IMG/VR virus record: IMGVR_UViG_3300033153_009093
Coordinates: 64,001-128,000 of that record
Origin: a virus
Reading direction: 5' to 3' (one strand)
Length of the DNA: 64,000 nt
Shown: positions 60,454 through 64,000 of the stretch, piece after piece
Layout: each line of letters opens with the position of its first letter
Position numbering within the stretch: position 1 is the first letter of the stretch
Made by a program: the position numbers and the translations under genes
The notes under the pieces: model-generated
Told to the model about the DNA's origin: nothing
What the model saw: the letters and a program-made list of their open reading frames with translations, nothing else
Database searches by the model: none

Positions 60454-61458
60454 TTAATTAAATAATTTATTATTTAACTTAATAATTTTTGATTTCATAT
60501 TAGCAATAGAAAAGTTTATACTTTTACTTATATCTTTTTCAACGAATATATAATAATACATTACCATTGACATAAATATATCTCCGCATCCTGAAGTAGT
60601 ATTTATATTATTTATAATAGTATGACTTATATCTATTTTAAATTCTTTTATTTCTTTTTCATTACTATTATCAAAATAAATAATATCTTTAATGCCTCTA
60701 GTTATAATAAGGTACTTATAATCATACGCATATATTAAATCTTTTACCGGTTCATATTCTTTTTCATTTAGTTGTATTATAGTTTCGGTATTATATACGC
60801 TCTTTAATTTAGAAATCAATTCTTTAAAATATAATATCTTATGAGGTTTTGTATTTAAAAATAATGTATCTATTTTCCATTCATTATAAATAATATCATT
60901 TAATAAATTTTTTATAGATTCTTCAGTAAAGTACCCCTTATCATAATCTATAAGTATTAAAGAATTATTTTTTTCTTTAAACGCATAATTACAATTGATA
61001 TGTTTCATTTTTATATCATTATCAATATCAAACCGATAAAAAATTTTGTTTTGTTTTTTTGAATAGAATCTAAATTTTACTGTCGGTTTAATAGTATCAT
61101 TAAGATAATATATCGGCCTCATTTTAATTATATCAAAATGGCGATAGTTCTTATTGCTTAGATATTTTATACTTCTATCAAATATCTCTTGTAAATTAAA
61201 TCCATGCAATTTATCGTCATAGTTCACGTAATTAAAATTTGGTAATAAGTATTTAACATTATAGTCAAAATTTAAATCGTTGTTGATAATATCTAATAAA
61301 TTTTCTAATATAAATCCACAACCACCGGGGTATACCGATAATGAATTATAATAACCTTTATATGATTCACTATTTACAATTTCTTGATTTTGTGATATAT
61401 TTACATTATCAATATAAACATCTGCAATATAGTCACCTAAAATTACACTATTATTCAT
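60454..61458 (-). CDS. PfkB-family kinase, HldE/RfaE domain-I-like
   Basis: VILGDYIADVY, PGGCG, DYDKGYF, NTKP, LNEKEY, ITRG, TSGCGDIF. Confidence 0.75.
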   Translation of the reverse strand: MNNSVILGDYIADVYIDNVNISQNQEIVNSESYKGYYNSLSVYPGGCGFILENLLDIINNDLNFDYNVKYLLPNFNYVNYDDKLHGFNLQEIFDRSIKYLSNKNYRHFDIIKMRPIYYLNDTIKPTVKFRFYSKKQNKIFYRFDIDNDIKMKHINCNYAFKEKNNSLILIDYDKGYFTEESIKNLLNDIIYNEWKIDTLFLNTKPHKILYFKELISKLKSVYNTETIIQLNEKEYEPVKDLIYAYDYKYLIITRGIKDIIYFDNSNEKEIKEFKIDISHTIINNINTTSGCGDIFMSMVMYYYIFVEKDISKSINFSIANMKSKIIKLNNKLFN

Positions 61459-61624
61459 TTAATTCTCTTTCTTCTTTTAATAAATTATCATGTCGCTGAG
61501 AAATATTCTTTTCACATTCTTTAAAATTGGTGATTAATAGTTTCAATATTTCTTTTTTTTTATTTACATTATCTATTACATCATATTCTTGTATTAACTT
61601 AATAATGACATCAATGTCTATCAT
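61451..61624 (-). CDS. Small hypothetical protein, 57 aa
   Basis: ATG 61624 to TAA 61451, filling the gap before the kinase gene. Confidence 0.4.
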   Translation of the reverse strand: MIDIDVIIKLIQEYDVIDNVNKKKEILKLLITNFKECEKNISQRHDNLLKEERELNE

Positions 61625-61656
61625 AATATATTTATATCATTTTTTATCTTAATAAA

Positions 61657-61688
61657 TAAAAAAGGCTGCGCTAAAAGCACAACCTTTT
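61657..61688 (-). terminator. Intrinsic terminator after the Hc1-like gene
   Basis: Minus strand reads AAGGTTGTGC-TTTTA-GCGCAGCCTT-TTTTT. Confidence 0.75.
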
Positions 61689-61715
61689 CATCTTTAATTA
61701 TTTTTCTGTCTTAGT

Positions 61716-61910
61716 TCAGAATGTTTTACAATCAGCAACTGATTGACTTCTAAAATCTTTAAACAACTTTGCCAATTCTAAAGTTTGTTTTCTAGCTCGC
61801 TTCGCTGCCACCTTTTTCTTTTTTATCGCATAATCGTCCAGTTCAGCAACTAATTCTTCAATAAGACCTTTAATACCACTTACGATTTCGACAGATTTTA
61901 ATTCTTCCAT
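61716..61910 (-). CDS. Histone H1-like (Hc1-family) small basic protein
   Basis: KKKKVAAKRARKQTLELAKLFKDFRSQSV matches the AxxRARKxxLExxKxxKxFR pattern; AGGAAGGT RBS. Confidence 0.75.
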   Translation of the reverse strand: MEELKSVEIVSGIKGLIEELVAELDDYAIKKKKVAAKRARKQTLELAKLFKDFRSQSVADCKTF

Positions 61911-61947
61911 AAATATATCACCTTCCTTTCTATTTTAATAAGTTAAT

Positions 61948-64000
61948 TTAATCACATCTTGAATATCCACAGGATATACATTTTATACAGCCGCCTTCAT
62001 CTAATAATATTTCCTTACAATTGGGACAGTTATTACTATTATTAGAATATACATTTTCATTTATATATACCTTTAATACCCTTGAAACTACAGCTACAAA
62101 ATCACTAACAAAATTACTAGATTTTTTAAGTTGTTTTATAATGAATTCATGATATACTCCATGTCTCAATGATAATGAAATCATCCTTGTTAATGCTTTA
62201 TATTCATCATTCATGAATAATTCAGTTATTTCATTATATTCAATATATGAGTTTCTAAATGGAATTTTTAAAGTATAATTCCCATGATTTTTTATTATTA
62301 TTCCTTTTTTAACATTTTGCGAAATATTAAAAAATTCATTTTTCTTCCCGGCAAATATTTCATATGGAGCATCGTTTAATATTCCTATAAGAACTATCCA
62401 CTTTTCTCCAGCCACTGAACAGTGATGTATTTTACAACTTAATTCCTTTGGCCTCTTCGGTGCGCATTGATAAGTGATACTATCAGGTCTATATAATTTA
62501 TCAATGCAACTTTTTACTTTTTTCTTATCATATTTTAATTTATGCTCTATTGGATTTTCAAAAATCAAGATACCTTCTCTTGAACCTTCACGATACACTG
62601 ACAACGCTTTTAAGCCTTTATTAAAGGCATCGGAGTATATATCCCCTATTTTTTGAAAATCAAAATCAAAGGGCAAATTATACGTTACAGAGATGGCGGC
62701 ATCAACCCATCTTTGAACCTTGCTCATTAATTCTACCTTTTTAAAGGGGTCAATTTCATGAGCAGGTGATAATAAATCAGTATCGATATATTTATTTACA
62801 ATATTAATTATTTTTTCACCAATTTTACCATCTGTATCTAACTCTGATCCGCTAAAATTATTAATTAAATTATAATCAAATACATCACATTTCCCTATTT
62901 CTTTCATTTTGCTTAATACTATTTTTTTAATAACACTTGGTAAAACAAAATAGTAATCATATTCATTTTTAGAAACTGCTCTTGTTTTTCTCCAATAAGC
63001 AAACCCTATAGTTGGTTCTATGCCAGATGATAGGCAATCATTCGGAAATGTCATTGAAATTGAACCAGTGGGGGCTACTGATAATAAAGCTCCATTTCTA
63101 ATTCCAGTATTGTAAAATAAATCTTTTAAATCACTAAACTCGTTAAATAAATTTTTTAAAAATTTAGTTTCTTTTAATGTTCCTGTTTCTTTTCCACGTA
63201 TCCAAGCAGAACATGGCCCTCTTTCGATGGCTAATTCGCAAGAAGCTTTAAATGCATAATATTGATAATATTTAAAAAATAAATCAACTGCCATAATAGC
63301 TTCATCTGAATCATATTTAATATTATTATTATAAAACCACATATGAAGGTTTGTTACACCTAATCCAATTTCTCTTAAATCTTTAACAATTTTTAATTGT
63401 TCTGGTAATGGAGATTTATAATCATTGTCAATTTCAAATTGAATTACATTATCCATAAACCTAACCAATGAATAAGTTTTCTCTTTCATAAAATCATGAA
63501 AATTATTAGTATCAATAAAAGGCACTTCTTCCATATTTAAAGATGCCAATGCACATACTCCATAATTAGGTAAAGGTTTTTCAGAACAAGCATTTGTTCC
63601 TATAATTTCATAACCTAACGCTTCTTGAATAGAGCCGTCTTTCATCCTATCAATGAATTGTATACCCGGTTCAGCATGATCATACGATTGCTTACATAAT
63701 AAATTAAATATATAAGATGCATCTACAAATTTTGAAATCTTATGATCTTTTAAATCGAAATATAATTCCCATTTTTCATTATTATGAACTGCCTTCATAA
63801 AATTATCTGATATTTGCACAGATATATTCATATTTTTTAAAGTATCTAAATCACTTTTAGCTGTAATAAAATCAATTACATCAGGATGAGAATCTTTAAT
63901 AGCACTAAGAATGGCCGGTCTTCTACCTTTCTGACCGACCTCATCCGCAATAGAATCAAAAGATTTCATCCAATTAATAACACCTTCTGATACTTCAGAA
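61948..64000 (-). CDS. nrdJ: Class II (adenosylcobalamin-dependent) ribonucleotide reductase, 5' end outside window
   Basis: GRRPA, EPGIQFIDR, TNACSEKPL, CALASLN, VAPTGSIS, SSGIEP, AISVTYN, YREGSREG, and a C-terminal RPKEL...CPNC...CISC domain. 7 TGG, 0 TAG. Confidence 0.85.
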   Translation of the reverse strand, partial: SEVSEGVINWMKSFDSIADEVGQKGRRPAILSAIKDSHPDVIDFITAKSDLDTLKNMNISVQISDNFMKAVHNNEKWELYFDLKDHKISKFVDASYIFNLLCKQSYDHAEPGIQFIDRMKDGSIQEALGYEIIGTNACSEKPLPNYGVCALASLNMEEVPFIDTNNFHDFMKEKTYSLVRFMDNVIQFEIDNDYKSPLPEQLKIVKDLREIGLGVTNLHMWFYNNNIKYDSDEAIMAVDLFFKYYQYYAFKASCELAIERGPCSAWIRGKETGTLKETKFLKNLFNEFSDLKDLFYNTGIRNGALLSVAPTGSISMTFPNDCLSSGIEPTIGFAYWRKTRAVSKNEYDYYFVLPSVIKKIVLSKMKEIGKCDVFDYNLINNFSGSELDTDGKIGEKIINIVNKYIDTDLLSPAHEIDPFKKVELMSKVQRWVDAAISVTYNLPFDFDFQKIGDIYSDAFNKGLKALSVYREGSREGILIFENPIEHKLKYDKKKVKSCIDKLYRPDSITYQCAPKRPKELSCKIHHCSVAGEKWIVLIGILNDAPYEIFAGKKNEFFNISQNVKKGIIIKNHGNYTLKIPFRNSYIEYNEITELFMNDEYKALTRMISLSLRHGVYHEFIIKQLKKSSNFVSDFVAVVSRVLKVYINENVYSNNSNNCPNCKEILLDEGGCIKCISCGYSRCD

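Noticed and set aside
42092-64000. Archaeal or eukaryotic virus (PolB, Hjc-like, Mre11-like genes)
   Set aside because: AGGA/GAGG Shine-Dalgarno motifs, operonic overlaps, RecA-type recombinase, HldE-like and Hc1-like genes and a tape measure protein point to a bacteriophage. The host cannot be determined from this window.

Overview
Very AT-rich (roughly 20-25% GC by eye) segment of a large tailed dsDNA bacteriophage. Positions 1-42 kb hold virion and tail genes, including a 2213-aa tape measure protein. Positions 42-64 kb hold replication, recombination and nucleotide-metabolism genes: SF2 helicase, DnaB-like helicase, a PolB fragment, primase, Mre11/SbcD, RecA, an Hjc-like resolvase and class II RNR. 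The supplied ORF track is fragmented because TAG is a sense codon here; reading through TAG fuses the fragments into long genes that end at TAA or TGA. The key result is that TAG falls repeatedly on conserved tryptophan positions in unrelated families (DUF5662-like, calcineurin-like phosphoesterase, TnpB-like, Vsr-like endonucleases), not on Gln positions as in known code-15 phages. A complete tRNA with a CUA anticodon lies at 44714-44787. Core replication genes use only TGG for Trp, while virion genes mostly use TAG, which suggests a tRNA-gated early/late code switch. Other items: a nuclease-dead TnpB-like gene with an unknown partner and possible guide RNA, both halves of an HldE-like heptose enzyme, a -1 frameshift in a tail-chaperone-like gene, a split PolB and two Hc1-like small proteins. 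All family assignments come from motif recognition by eye, and all codon counts are hand counts.
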